64,000 nucleotides of DNA from Candidatus Omnitrophota bacterium (GTDB lineage Bacteria > Omnitrophota > Gorgyraeia > Zapsychrales > Zapsychraceae), in assembly GCA_050250375.1 (NCBI GenBank), contig JBFWOS010000002.1, forward strand, positions 901,149-965,148, read 5' to 3'. A program made the position numbers and the translations under genes. Positions within the stretch are counted from its first letter, which is position 1. Each line of letters starts with the position of its first letter. Positions 29,096 to 40,931 of the stretch are shown here, piece by piece. The notes beneath the pieces were generated by a model. That model saw nothing but the letters and a program-made list of their open reading frames with translations, was not told the origin of the DNA and made no database searches.

Positions 29096-30928
29096 ATGTC
29101 AACACCTCACACTTTTCATATCCCTGTTATGGGGACGGCTTTTTCGATTGATACACCCATTAAAGTAGCCCATTACGGGATATCTTCCGTTATTTCTCTT
29201 GTTGATGATACCTTAATTGAACAGATGCGTCAATTTTATTGTCAAAAATATGGCGAACATTACGATCCAATTACCAAATATGATGAAGACTTCAGAGCCC
29301 GCAGAATTACCGCCTATCTTAATTTGGTCGATAAAATTGTAAAACAAAAGTTTGAAAACGTCCGAAATTCTTGTTTCGAAATGGGCAGTGAAATCACGAA
29401 ATATTTTGAAATGCTGGCCAACAACTCACCATTAAAAAAACTCTATAAAGAAATGTTGCTAACGGAAGATTCCAGCCTTAAATCGGAACTCCAGGCACGT
29501 CTACGCTCCTTGATGAAACCTGGAAGTATTGATGTCAATATCATGACGAAGCTTGATCGAGCAAATTTTTCTCAAAAGCGTGAAGAACTGCCGATTGAAT
29601 TTTCTGATGCCCTCTCCGCTCTTCGCGGATATGCGAAAAGCACCTTAAATTCAGCCATCGTATTCTCAGCCGGGATAAACCGCCGTCTGTATAGTTATGT
29701 CGAAAAATTTGAAGATTTCTTTGCTGACGCAAAAGGAAGAATAAAGAAAAAGATTATTTTAAAGGTAAGCGATTACCGTTCATCCATTATCCAGGGACGC
29801 TTCTTTGCAAAGAAAGGCTTATGGATTTCGGAATTCAGGGTCGAATCTGGGCTGAATTGCGGCGGGCACGCCTTTGCTTCGGATGGCTTCCTCATGGGAC
29901 CTATTTTGGAAGAATTTAAAAAGAAAAAAGATGAATTAATTAGTACTCTACATCAAATTTGCAACGAAGCCTTGCAATCCAGCCAAAAGCCATTTTTTCC
30001 TTCCGCTCATGAATTACGGATAACAGCTCAAGGTGGGATTGGTACAGCCCTTGAAGATAGCTTCTTACTTAACTACTATGATCTTGACGGCACAGGCTGG
30101 GCATCTCCCTTCCTTTTATGCCCTGAGGTAACTAATGTCGAACTAGAAACGTTAAATAAACTTTCCAAGGCCGGAGAAGATGATTTATATTTGAGCGGTG
30201 TTTCTCCCTTAGGTGTCCCGTTTAACAATCTCCGAAACAGTGAAAGCGATGAAGAACGTGACCGAAAAATTTCATCCGGCAAACCAGGCAGCGCCTGCCC
30301 GAAAGGCCACTTAGTCTCAAATACCGAATTCACCGAAAAACCGATCTGCACGGCGTCACGCCAGTATCAAAAATTAAAAATAGAGCAGCTGGAGTCATCC
30401 AGTCTGCCTGAGGAAGAATTGAAGAAAAACATTAAAGCCGTAACCGACAAATCTTGTATTTGTCACGATCTTGGGTCTGCCGTTCTGTTGAAAAACAATA
30501 TTTTGAAACAAGGAACAAAAGCCTTCTCCGCCATATGCCCTGGCCCAAATATTGCATATTTTTCTAAAATTGTTTCTTTGGAAGAAATGATCGGTCACAT
30601 ATATGGACGATTAAATCTTCTTAATTCAACTTACCGTCCCAATATGTTTATTAAAGAACTTAAGATGTACGTTGAATATTTCATTAAGGAAGTCAACAAA
30701 GTTACCCCTGTGCCAACCGATAAACAAATCGCTTATTTTAATGAATTTAAAACCAATATGCTGGATGGGATTGAATACTATAAGAGTTTAATTCCAAAAA
30801 TGGTTGAAGAAACAAAAGATTACCGCGACCGTGCATTGCAGGAACTGGAAGGATTTAATAAAAAGATATTTGAATTTGTCTGTCAAAACCCATCAATATT
30901 TAACATAAGCTCACCGGTACACGCATAA
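29096..30928 (+). CDS. Hypothetical protein, probable FMN-binding TIM barrel (NMO/FabK-like) with Cys motifs
   Basis: 610-aa ORF with GGAG RBS; IPVMG, ESGLNCGGH, AQGGIG and GWASPFL resemble the flavin-phosphate motifs of NMO/FabK-type enzymes. Confidence 0.7.
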   Translation: MSTPHTFHIPVMGTAFSIDTPIKVAHYGISSVISLVDDTLIEQMRQFYCQKYGEHYDPITKYDEDFRARRITAYLNLVDKIVKQKFENVRNSCFEMGSEITKYFEMLANNSPLKKLYKEMLLTEDSSLKSELQARLRSLMKPGSIDVNIMTKLDRANFSQKREELPIEFSDALSALRGYAKSTLNSAIVFSAGINRRLYSYVEKFEDFFADAKGRIKKKIILKVSDYRSSIIQGRFFAKKGLWISEFRVESGLNCGGHAFASDGFLMGPILEEFKKKKDELISTLHQICNEALQSSQKPFFPSAHELRITAQGGIGTALEDSFLLNYYDLDGTGWASPFLLCPEVTNVELETLNKLSKAGEDDLYLSGVSPLGVPFNNLRNSESDEERDRKISSGKPGSACPKGHLVSNTEFTEKPICTASRQYQKLKIEQLESSSLPEEELKKNIKAVTDKSCICHDLGSAVLLKNNILKQGTKAFSAICPGPNIAYFSKIVSLEEMIGHIYGRLNLLNSTYRPNMFIKELKMYVEYFIKEVNKVTPVPTDKQIAYFNEFKTNMLDGIEYYKSLIPKMVEETKDYRDRALQELEGFNKKIFEFVCQNPSIFNISSPVHA

Positions 30929-30930
30929 TT

Positions 30931-32751
<1,821 letters not shown>

Positions 32752-32802
32752 CTAACTGTTTGGATCTTAAACGGTTTACAACGCCGGATGTACTTGGCCA
32801 GA

Positions 32803-32865
32803 TCATTTTATCACAAAAATGATGACGAATGCGGCAATTAATATGGCAAGCAGAAGAAGAACCAT
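32803..32865 (-). CDS. Putative 20-aa hydrophobic micropeptide (MVLLLLAILIAAFVIIFVIK)
   Basis: ATG 3 nt after the iscA-like stop; entirely hydrophobic with a terminal Lys; below the ORF-track cutoff. Confidence 0.35.
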   Translation of the reverse strand: MVLLLLAILIAAFVIIFVIK

Positions 32866-32868
32866 GGC

Positions 32869-33201
32869 TCAACTGAAAGAAGTTCCACACCCGCAACTGT
32901 TCGTTGCATTGGGATTTTTATATTGAAATCCGCTTTCTTTTAGGGTATCAATGTAATGAATTTCCGTGCCTTTGAGAAACGGTACACTTTCCGGATTAAT
33001 TAATATTTTAATCTTTCCCTGGTCAATTATCACGTCATTATCATACGGATTCTTCTGAAAACGCAGATCATACGATAATCCTGCGCAACCACCTGTTACG
33101 ACGCCTACCCGTAGATAATTCCCTTCTTTCCCATCTTTTTCGGCCATGGAGAAGATTTTAGTAACTGCGGCATCTGTTAAATGAATGATCGGTTTTTCCA
33201 T
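32869..33201 (-). CDS. iscA: A-type Fe-S carrier (HesB/IscA/ErpA family)
   Basis: LTDAA, GGCAGLSY, NPNA..SCGCGTSF. Confidence 0.93.
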   Translation of the reverse strand: MEKPIIHLTDAAVTKIFSMAEKDGKEGNYLRVGVVTGGCAGLSYDLRFQKNPYDNDVIIDQGKIKILINPESVPFLKGTEIHYIDTLKESGFQYKNPNATNSCGCGTSFS

Positions 33202-33240
33202 AAGTCCTCTTAAATTTAAACACCTGATTTCTAATTAAAG

Positions 33241-33268
33241 AATATACCATAAGCAGAATATAAGTCAA
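33241..33268 (-). promoter_or_regulatory. Sigma70-type promoter for the iscA-like gene
   Basis: TTGACT-16 nt-TATATT with extended TG. Confidence 0.5.
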
Positions 33269-33297
33269 TTTTTACCTTAATTCTTTAATCTTATTTT

Positions 33298-34410
33298 CTA
33301 CTGTTTGGAGAGGGAGTTTTTGGCTTTTTCCCGACCGAGAGGAGTCAAACTGAGTTTATCGCCTTGCTTTTGGATTAATCCGTCTTGAATCGACTGCGCG
33401 ATGACCTCCGAGGTATAAAGATTATCCCACAGCATATGTTCGTTCATATGACTAACAATCTGTTCGGTCTCTTCCGCATGGGCCAGTTCCGACTGCAGCA
33501 GATGAACCGTTAATGTATCGGAGGCAAAATTCCAACGGGTCCATTTCTTAACGATTAATTTAGCCAGCAATCCTTTTTCAGGAGAAAAAAAGAACACCAA
33601 AAGAAAAATGATCCCGCTAAATGTCGCCATTGAACCGGCGATACTTGCATCCAGCCAATACGCCATTGCGTACCCCCCGATCGCTGAAAGAACACCTAAT
33701 CCGGCACTGATGAGAATCATCCGATCCAGACGGTCGGTTAACAGATAAGCCGCCGCCGGTGGGGCAATCATCAAAGCAACCACCAATATTGATCCCACAC
33801 TCTCAAAAGAACCAACGGCCGTAATGCTGACCATCGTCATCAATGCGTAATTCAGCACTCCGGGCAAAAATCCCAAAGTCGCCGCTAATCCCGGATCAAA
33901 TGTCGCTATTTTCAATTCTTTATAAAATAAGACGATAAAAACCAGATTCATTAGAAATATTGTTCCGGTAATCCAGATTCCCTGCGGCCCGAGATCCAGA
34001 CCGTTGACATATAACCGGTTAAACGGTGTAAAAGCAATTTCTCCAAATAAAATGCAATCGGCATCCAAATGGATGTCAGAAGCATATCGGTTCAACAGTA
34101 TTACTCCCATGGAAAATAAAAAAGGGAATACAAGCCCGATCGCGGCATCTTCTTTTAACTTCCTTGTCTGGATGATCAATTCGGTTAAAGCAACCGTGAT
34201 AATTCCCATCACTGCCGCCCCGATAATCAATAACGGAGATGCCAGATTTTTTGTAATAAAGAATGCCAGAACAATCCCCAGCAATATTGCATGACTGATC
34301 GCGTCACTCATCAGAGCAACTCTCCTTAAAACAAGAAAAACTCCCGGAAGCGCACAGGTGACGGCGGTTAATGACGCCAAAATTAAAATTTCAATTTGAT
34401 GCATTGACAC
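33298..34410 (-). CDS. troD: Mn/Fe/Zn ABC transporter permease with C-terminal winged-helix-like tail
   Basis: DAISHA.L.G, LFGEI, FDP.LA, VGSILVVA; tail ending LSLTPLGREKA. Confidence 0.88.
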   Translation of the reverse strand: MSMHQIEILILASLTAVTCALPGVFLVLRRVALMSDAISHAILLGIVLAFFITKNLASPLLIIGAAVMGIITVALTELIIQTRKLKEDAAIGLVFPFLFSMGVILLNRYASDIHLDADCILFGEIAFTPFNRLYVNGLDLGPQGIWITGTIFLMNLVFIVLFYKELKIATFDPGLAATLGFLPGVLNYALMTMVSITAVGSFESVGSILVVALMIAPPAAAYLLTDRLDRMILISAGLGVLSAIGGYAMAYWLDASIAGSMATFSGIIFLLVFFFSPEKGLLAKLIVKKWTRWNFASDTLTVHLLQSELAHAEETEQIVSHMNEHMLWDNLYTSEVIAQSIQDGLIQKQGDKLSLTPLGREKAKNSLSKQ

Positions 34411-35521
34411 TGATCAATTCCTCAAATTCGCTGGTTAAACGTTTGGCTTCGGTTAAACCCTGGGGAGTCAGCGCCCATTTTTTATCCGAAAATTGTTTGG
34501 CCCACCCCTTTTTCTTAATTTCGTTCATCGTCTGTTCAATCGCCCCACGACCGATAGCCTTTAACGCGGCAATATCATGCGGATGAAACGGGTCCGTGTT
34601 AATTTCCGAAAATAAAAGCAAGTTCTTTAACATTGTGGTGGTCTGCATTTTCTTTCTATTTTTCTGCAGGCGAAGCCAATCCCAAATCAACCCGCGATTC
34701 GGGGCAAGCGCTAATGAAAACAACACAAATAAACTCAAACAGATGACGATCATCGGGCCGGTTGGTAAATTTGTGACCATGCTGCTGGCCAGGGCCCCAC
34801 TGACCCCGGAAATAGCCCCGAATGCCGCAGAAATAATAACCATACTCCTTAATCGATCCGTCCATTGCCTGGCCGCCGCCGCCGGAGCAACAAGCATCGC
34901 ACTCATTAAAACAACTCCTACGGTCTGCAACCCGATCACAATCGAAACGACAATCAAGGTTGTTAATAATATATCAAGAAATCTGACATTAATTCCTATA
35001 CTTCTGGCAAAGTCAGCATCAAAAACGATCAATTTGAATTCTTTCCAGAAAAACAATAATATGGAGAAAACGATAAAACTCAAAATACCCATGGTAACCA
35101 CATCGGATTTTAATAATGTCGCCGCATTGCCAAAAAGGAACTTGTCCAATCCCGCCTTGGTTGCCGTCGGTAGTTTCTGGACAATTGTTAAGAGAACCAG
35201 CCCAAATCCAAAAAAAACGGATAATACAATCCCTAAAGCAGAATCTTTCTTGATCCGGGATGTGTTTGTAATAAGCAAAATCAGCAATGTCCCAACCCAA
35301 CCGGATAGTCCAGCCCCGATCAATAAAATAAGAGGATTTTTGCTCTGCGTGAGCAAAAAGGCTAAACAAACCCCGGGCAAAGTTGCATGACTAATGGCAT
35401 CTCCCAAAAGGCTTTGCCGTCTTAACACAGCAAACGCGCCCAAACTTCCCGCGGTAATTCCTAAAACGAGAGACCCCATCAAAACGATTTGAACGGTATA
35501 ATTCGAAAACAACTCAATCAC
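34391..35521 (-). CDS. troC: Mn/Fe/Zn ABC transporter permease with C-terminal winged-helix-like tail
   Basis: [37 protein letters not shown]; tail ending WALTPQG..EA. Confidence 0.88.
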   Translation of the reverse strand: MIELFSNYTVQIVLMGSLVLGITAGSLGAFAVLRRQSLLGDAISHATLPGVCLAFLLTQSKNPLILLIGAGLSGWVGTLLILLITNTSRIKKDSALGIVLSVFFGFGLVLLTIVQKLPTATKAGLDKFLFGNAATLLKSDVVTMGILSFIVFSILLFFWKEFKLIVFDADFARSIGINVRFLDILLTTLIVVSIVIGLQTVGVVLMSAMLVAPAAAARQWTDRLRSMVIISAAFGAISGVSGALASSMVTNLPTGPMIVICLSLFVLFSLALAPNRGLIWDWLRLQKNRKKMQTTTMLKNLLLFSEINTDPFHPHDIAALKAIGRGAIEQTMNEIKKKGWAKQFSDKKWALTPQGLTEAKRLTSEFEELISVNASN

Positions 35522-36294
35522 GATTGTTCTTCCTTTGCTTCATCCACCCCAGCTAAAAATGCGGCTCGTCCGCCATAAGTTCTTCGTAAATTCTCTTTGG
35601 TCAGAACTGCACTCACTTTTCCTAACGCGACTGCCCTGACATTCAACAATAAGACGTGATCGAAATACTCGCGCAAGGTTTGTAAATCATGATGGACACA
35701 AATAACAGTCTTTCCATTTTTTCTTAAATCACGTAAAAGTGTAATAATACTTTTTTCTGTAGTGGCATCGACACCGGCAAACGGTTCGTCCATCAGATAA
35801 ATCGGAGCGTCTTGGATAAAGGCCCGGGCGATAAAAACCCTTTGCTGCTGGCCTCCGGACAACTGACTGATCTGTCGATTGATAAAATCTTTCATCCCTA
35901 CTTTTTCAAGACAATCCATCGCCAGGACTTTATCGGCTTTGGAGGGTCTTCGAAACCACCCCAAATGCCCGTACCGCCCCATCAAGACTACATCCAGAAC
36001 GTTCGTTGGAAAGTCCCAATCGACACTGCCCCGCTGCGGGACGTAACCAACCAAATGGGATTGCGCGCGGTAATTCTTTCCAAGCACCAATACTCGACCG
36101 GCAGCTGGTTTAACCAAACCGAGAATCGCCTTGATCAATGTGGATTTTCCGGCTCCATTCGGACCCACGATGGCCAACATACTTTCTTTCGGGGCCTGAA
36201 AATCAACATCCCATAAAACCGGTTTTTCCTGATAAGCCACCGTCAAGTCGGTCACATCAATGGCATGCGTATCTTGGATGGTTGATTTCATCAT
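35518..36294 (-). CDS. troB: Mn/Fe/Zn ABC transporter ATP-binding protein
   Basis: [41 protein letters not shown]. Confidence 0.93.
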   Translation of the reverse strand: MMKSTIQDTHAIDVTDLTVAYQEKPVLWDVDFQAPKESMLAIVGPNGAGKSTLIKAILGLVKPAAGRVLVLGKNYRAQSHLVGYVPQRGSVDWDFPTNVLDVVLMGRYGHLGWFRRPSKADKVLAMDCLEKVGMKDFINRQISQLSGGQQQRVFIARAFIQDAPIYLMDEPFAGVDATTEKSIITLLRDLRKNGKTVICVHHDLQTLREYFDHVLLLNVRAVALGKVSAVLTKENLRRTYGGRAAFLAGVDEAKEEQS

Positions 36295-36299
36295 GCTTA

Positions 36300-37235
36300 T
36301 TACTCCTTTAAACTTTCAACAATAGTATTAATATTATGCGTCACCATACCTATATACGTCCCTTCAAATGTCCCTTGATCCCCCATGGCATCTGAAAATA
36401 ATTCCCCCCCAATCCTGACATCCCAGCCGTTTGATTTAACCGCTTCAACAACAGCCTGAATATTCCGGACAGGCACGGAAGATTCCACAAAAATCGAACG
36501 GATTCTTTTATCTGCAATAAATTTGGCCAAACGGATAACATCGGCAGCCCCCGCCTGTGATTCGGTTGAAACCCCTTGAAGCCCGACGACTTCAAAACCG
36601 TAACGTTTTCCAAAATATCGAAACGCATCATGGGCGGTCACGAGTATCCGTCCCCCTTCAGGAAGTTCAGATGCTTTATTAAAAACGTACTGATCAAGCT
36701 GTTCGAGATCCTTTAAATACTGCTCCGCACGTTTTTTATATTTTTCACTGTTTCGGGGATCGGCCTTCATTAATGTATCCCGAACTTGTTCAGCGGCCAT
36801 CTTCCATAAAGTCACGTCAAACCATACGTGTGGATCGTAATGATTTTTAAACGCCTCACTCTCCAACAATCTTTCTTTAGGGAAATGATCCGCCACTCCT
36901 ACTACTAATTTTTGGCGCTCCAATTTCTCAAATATGTGCTCCATTTTTGCTTCCAAAAAAAGACCATTAAAAAAAATCACATCGGCTTCGGTCAGTTTTC
37001 CAACATCACTTTCAGTCGCCTTATAAAGATGCGGATCAACCCCTGGCCCCATTAAACCGATCGCGTAAACATCTTCTGCGCCGATATTATGTACAATATC
37101 GTTGATCTGCCCAATCGTGGAAACAACCGTTAATTTTTCAGTTTTTTTTTCTTCTCCGAAAGAAATCCACGCAAATCCGGTAAATCCAGTAAAAAGTACC
37201 AAAGAAATCACAATAAACTTAAAATTTCGTTTCAT
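36300..37235 (-). CDS. troA: Metal ABC transporter substrate-binding protein (TroA/MntA)
   Basis: Signal peptide; H/H/H/D ligands in DPHLY, DPHVW, AHDAF and FSDAM. Confidence 0.93.
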   Translation of the reverse strand: MKRNFKFIVISLVLFTGFTGFAWISFGEEKKTEKLTVVSTIGQINDIVHNIGAEDVYAIGLMGPGVDPHLYKATESDVGKLTEADVIFFNGLFLEAKMEHIFEKLERQKLVVGVADHFPKERLLESEAFKNHYDPHVWFDVTLWKMAAEQVRDTLMKADPRNSEKYKKRAEQYLKDLEQLDQYVFNKASELPEGGRILVTAHDAFRYFGKRYGFEVVGLQGVSTESQAGAADVIRLAKFIADKRIRSIFVESSVPVRNIQAVVEAVKSNGWDVRIGGELFSDAMGDQGTFEGTYIGMVTHNINTIVESLKE

Positions 37236-37249
37236 CGTTACCTTCCTTC

Positions 37250-37690
37250 TTATTTCTGACAGTTTTTACAAAAACCATAAAAGTGTAATTCATGTCCGAT
37301 TATTTTAAATCCTTGTGTTTCTAATTGAGACAGATACCGCTGTTCTTCCCCTAAGTCGGTCAGCTCAATGAATGTACCACAACGGATACATCGGGCATGA
37401 TGGTGTAGTTTTTCATCATAAACATGTTCATAATGATTATGTTTTTCTCCAAAAGCGGTCTCCCGGATTACTCCCGCCTCTCGCAGTTCTTTCAGACTGC
37501 GATAAATTGTCGCCCGGGAAACTTTGCGCTGGTGTCGTCCGCAATATTTCACCAACTCTTCAGCAGAAAAGTGACCATGTGTCTGCATCACTTCATCAAA
37601 AACTTCCTGCCGTCCTTGGGTCATCCTTAAGCTGGAATTTCGCAGATAATTGGAGAATTTATTTTTTTCTTTTTTTATTCGTTCGTCCAT
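37250..37690 (-). CDS. fur: Fur-family transcriptional regulator
   Basis: R.T..R, HFSAEEL, SRATIYR.L, HHH..CIRCG, CKNC; start 37690 or 37708. Confidence 0.9.
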   Translation of the reverse strand: MDERIKKEKNKFSNYLRNSSLRMTQGRQEVFDEVMQTHGHFSAEELVKYCGRHQRKVSRATIYRSLKELREAGVIRETAFGEKHNHYEHVYDEKLHHHARCIRCGTFIELTDLGEEQRYLSQLETQGFKIIGHELHFYGFCKNCQK

Positions 37691-37692
37691 AT

Positions 37693-37749
37693 TGAGACAC
37701 TGTTTCATTAATATTGAGATAGTGTATCATTTAATATTCAGAAAAGCAA
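37693..37749 (-). promoter_or_regulatory. Promoter with two tandem Fur-type 7-1-7 boxes
   Basis: TGAGACA-C-TGTTTCA (37693-37707) and TGAGATA-G-TGTATCA (37715-37729), 22 bp apart; TTGCTT-17-TACACT promoter whose -10 lies within the second box. Confidence 0.7.
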
Positions 37750-37777
37750 GCAGTACTATAGTATTATTTTGAAAGGA

Positions 37778-38335
37778 TTATAACCATTTAATGGAACAAC
37801 CCATGGCGGGTTTTTGATCCGGATTGATGGTCCGTCCGTTAGAATAGTCATCAATAGCCGTTTTAAGCTCCTGATGTTTGACTTTCGATTCATCCTGCCA
37901 ATTGTCATCAAAACGACCATGATAAATCAATTTACTACGATCATTATAGAAATAAATATCCGGTGTGCATCGAGCATCAAATAATCGCGCAACTTTTTGG
38001 GAAGAATCAATCAGGTAAGGAAACGGGATGCCCCACTCTTCCGTTTTTACTTTCATCTGGGAAGGACTGTCTTCAGGATAATCGGGATGGATATTAGGAT
38101 TAATAGCAATAGTATTAATCCCCAATCGTTTGGCGTAACTGGATAATTGAATCAACCGGGGCCAAATCGCAAGCGCGTACGGACAGTGATTACACATAAA
38201 AGCAACCACCAGCCCCTTAGAGTGTCCCTGTGCGATCCCTTGAGCAGAATCAAAAATTTTATTAATAGGGTCCTTTAATACAAACGATGGAAGGCTTGCC
38301 CCAAGCGGAATTTGAATTGAATTAACCAATGCCAT
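37778..38335 (-). CDS. Thioredoxin-fold (AhpC/TSA-like) protein
   Basis: FMCNHCPY, YPEDS, FPYL.D..Q.VA, CTPD, Y.GR.DD, GCSIKW. Confidence 0.9.
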   Translation of the reverse strand: MALVNSIQIPLGASLPSFVLKDPINKIFDSAQGIAQGHSKGLVVAFMCNHCPYALAIWPRLIQLSSYAKRLGINTIAINPNIHPDYPEDSPSQMKVKTEEWGIPFPYLIDSSQKVARLFDARCTPDIYFYNDRSKLIYHGRFDDNWQDESKVKHQELKTAIDDYSNGRTINPDQKPAMGCSIKWL

Positions 38336-38360
38336 TTATAATCAATCTCCCGTCGAATTA

Positions 38361-38388
38361 ATTATAAAACGGCAAGATCAAAAGTCAA
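38361..38388 (-). promoter_or_regulatory. Sigma70-type promoter for the redoxin gene
   Basis: TTGACT-16 nt-TATAAT on the minus strand. Confidence 0.55.
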
Positions 38389-38434
38389 GAAATAGAAAGA
38401 GCCATCTAGAAATTTTTTACTACACCCGTATTAA

Positions 38435-38863
38435 TTACCGGTCTGGTTTTATGTAATATCCGGAAACCCTCCATTGGCCGTCCGGATCTTTCATGGGCGT
38501 AACCGTTTCAACCGCTTTTTGTCCGTTCTTGTAATTGACATCATAGACAATCACAACATACTCTCCGATCGGGGCATTAGGTAATGCCCGAAAATAACTG
38601 GCAGTTCTAAGCGTCCGGGTTTCGGTCACTCCAATGATCTGGTCAATGGAGCCCATTCCCTTCATCCATTCCTCTTCAGATACTTGCTCCCTCAAAAAAG
38701 CCGCTGATTTTTTCCAACATTGCCGGTATTCTTTTTGGTCAAGCAATCGTAACCAATCATCGGCGGCCTTCACGGCTTCGGTCTCTAGACCATCCTCGCT
38801 ATTAGCAAAACCCGCACCGCCCAACATTAGTATGGCGGCTATAAAAATTAAAGTCTTCTTCAT
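38435..38863 (-). CDS. Secreted DUF4019-like protein
   Basis: Signal peptide; WL.LLD...Y...W, LP.AP.GEYV, A.ETVT, DGQWRVSGYYI. Confidence 0.8.
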   Translation of the reverse strand: MKKTLIFIAAILMLGGAGFANSEDGLETEAVKAADDWLRLLDQKEYRQCWKKSAAFLREQVSEEEWMKGMGSIDQIIGVTETRTLRTASYFRALPNAPIGEYVVIVYDVNYKNGQKAVETVTPMKDPDGQWRVSGYYIKPDR

Positions 38864-38995
38864 TTTTTTCTCCTTGTATGTTTTCCATATTTAAACCTGG
38901 TAAAGACATTGATCAATCCGGATAATCTTGTATAATAATAACTTAATCATAGAACAAAGTGAATTACAAATTTATTATATCTTTGTAACAATTAA

Positions 38996-39652
38996 ATGAA
39001 TTTACCGGAACATCTCATCCTTCATCAAATGGAACTCGGCCCGATCCAGAACTATCTCTATTTTCTTGGAGATCAACGAACTAAGGAAATCGCGGTTATT
39101 GATCCTGCCTGGGATGTCGATTACCTTTGCCAACAAGCCGAACAATACGGCTATCAAATTAAGAGTATTTTCTTAACTCACGGCCATCCGGATCATGTCA
39201 ATGGTTTAAAAGACATCCTATCCCGGCAGGATGTCCCGGCCTATATATCCAAACATGAAGCCCCGTTCTTGAAACCAAAACATAAAAATATCATTGAAGT
39301 TGAAAATAACGCAATTTTGCGCCTCGGAGAAATTGAATTCCGTTGTTTATTGACTCCCGGGCATACACCGGGGTGCCAAAGTTTTATCTATAAAAACATA
39401 ATGATTGCCGGGGATGCAATATTCATCGATGGATGCGGGCGATGCGACCTTCCGGGCGGTGACCCGCGGGTCATGTATAACACCTTATACAATATCATTA
39501 AACTCCTGCCGGATGAAACGATCATTTTCCCCGGACATAACTACGGCCCCACCCCCTATGCAACACTTGGACAACAAAAAAGGACCAATCCTTACCTGAC
39601 TTGTCAATCCGAAGAAGAATTTTTAACCCACCGCATGGGATATACCTTCTAA
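38996..39652 (+). CDS. MBL-fold metallo-hydrolase (glyoxalase II-like)
   Basis: THGHPDH, TPGHTPG, GD.IF..GCGR.D, PGH.Y. Confidence 0.88.
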   Translation: MNLPEHLILHQMELGPIQNYLYFLGDQRTKEIAVIDPAWDVDYLCQQAEQYGYQIKSIFLTHGHPDHVNGLKDILSRQDVPAYISKHEAPFLKPKHKNIIEVENNAILRLGEIEFRCLLTPGHTPGCQSFIYKNIMIAGDAIFIDGCGRCDLPGGDPRVMYNTLYNIIKLLPDETIIFPGHNYGPTPYATLGQQKRTNPYLTCQSEEEFLTHRMGYTF

Positions 39653-39662
39653 CTAAATCAGC

Positions 39663-40931
39663 ATGTATAATTTTTTTAAAAAACACCCTTATTTACTTTT
39701 CTTTGGTATTTTCCAATTGTTTTTCTCGGCCCCGGGTCAAACATTTCTAATTTCCTTATTTGTCGGTTCCATTTTCAATGAATTGAAAATTTCACAAAGT
39801 GTTTTTGCCGGCATTTATTCTGCGGCTACATTGTCGGCCGCCTTTTTATTGAACCCTGCCGGGCGTTTGATCGACCGCTACTCAATCCAGACAATTATTA
39901 AATACCTGACCATGTTAATGGCCCTGGGATGCTTTATCCTGGCATATTCGAAAAACATTTATACTTTGTTTGCCGGATTTTTTATTCTGCGGCTTATCGG
40001 GCAAGGAGCCTTCAGCTTATCCTCCTCAACATTAATGGTAAAAAATTTCCATAAAAACCGTGGCAAGGCAATGGGAATCATCACGCTTGGATTTCCGTTC
40101 TCAGAAATGATCTATCCGTTTATTGCACTGTATTTATTGCACAACTTCGGATGGCGGGCAGGATTTATTGTTTTCGGCCTTACAAACATTGTCATTATGC
40201 TCCCGTTACAATTATTTCTTCTCAATAAATCCAATGTGAACCATGGTGAATTCCAGCCGGGAGAACTGGATATCAACCCCCAACAACTGCCCGGTGAACC
40301 ACTTCCCCAAACAACACACGCACAACGTGATTATACGTTAAAAGAAGTTCTCAAAGACTTTAAATTTTATTTGATTATGCTGGCATCATGTCTTCCCCCG
40401 ATGGTTGTTACCGGCTTGTTCTTTTATCAGGAAACACTATTTACCGCTAATCACTGGAACATCGCGTTTGCCGCTACAGGATTAACCGTCTACGCTGTCT
40501 GTAAGGCCGTCGGTTCCTTATGGATTGGCGGCGTTGTCGACCGGCATGGCCCGCTCATTCCTTTTATTGTGTTAATCTTTTTATTGGGAATTGGAACATT
40601 TTTGGCCGCTTTAGGGGGCAACACTTTAATTATCGTTTTATATTATTCGATCATCGGAGCCGCACTTGGATTCAGCAGCCCGGTAACCAATGTGGTCTAT
40701 CCGCATTTTTACGGAACAAAATATATGGGGAGCATTAAAGGTTTAATCGCGACATTTCGAAACGGGGTCACTGCTTTCGGGCCTTTGCCAATTGCCTTTG
40801 CACTGGATGCAGGATTCTCCATAAACACAATTTTGTATTGGGTAGCCATTCTTATTTTTGTATTGAGTTCTCTGCCCGTCATCGTCTATAAATTTGACCG
40901 GAAGGAAAATGCTACGGACTATATCCAGTAA
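39663..40931 (+). CDS. MFS transporter
   Basis: About 12 TM segments; GRLIDRY and G.VVDRHG motif-A repeats; RGKAM. Confidence 0.88.
   Translation: MYNFFKKHPYLLFFGIFQLFFSAPGQTFLISLFVGSIFNELKISQSVFAGIYSAATLSAAFLLNPAGRLIDRYSIQTIIKYLTMLMALGCFILAYSKNIYTLFAGFFILRLIGQGAFSLSSSTLMVKNFHKNRGKAMGIITLGFPFSEMIYPFIALYLLHNFGWRAGFIVFGLTNIVIMLPLQLFLLNKSNVNHGEFQPGELDINPQQLPGEPLPQTTHAQRDYTLKEVLKDFKFYLIMLASCLPPMVVTGLFFYQETLFTANHWNIAFAATGLTVYAVCKAVGSLWIGGVVDRHGPLIPFIVLIFLLGIGTFLAALGGNTLIIVLYYSIIGAALGFSSPVTNVVYPHFYGTKYMGSIKGLIATFRNGVTAFGPLPIAFALDAGFSINTILYWVAILIFVLSSLPVIVYKFDRKENATDYIQ

Noticed and set aside
34596-35390. 264-aa plus-strand ORF
   Set aside because: Antisense to the troC permease; its composition mirrors the hydrophobic codons on the other strand.
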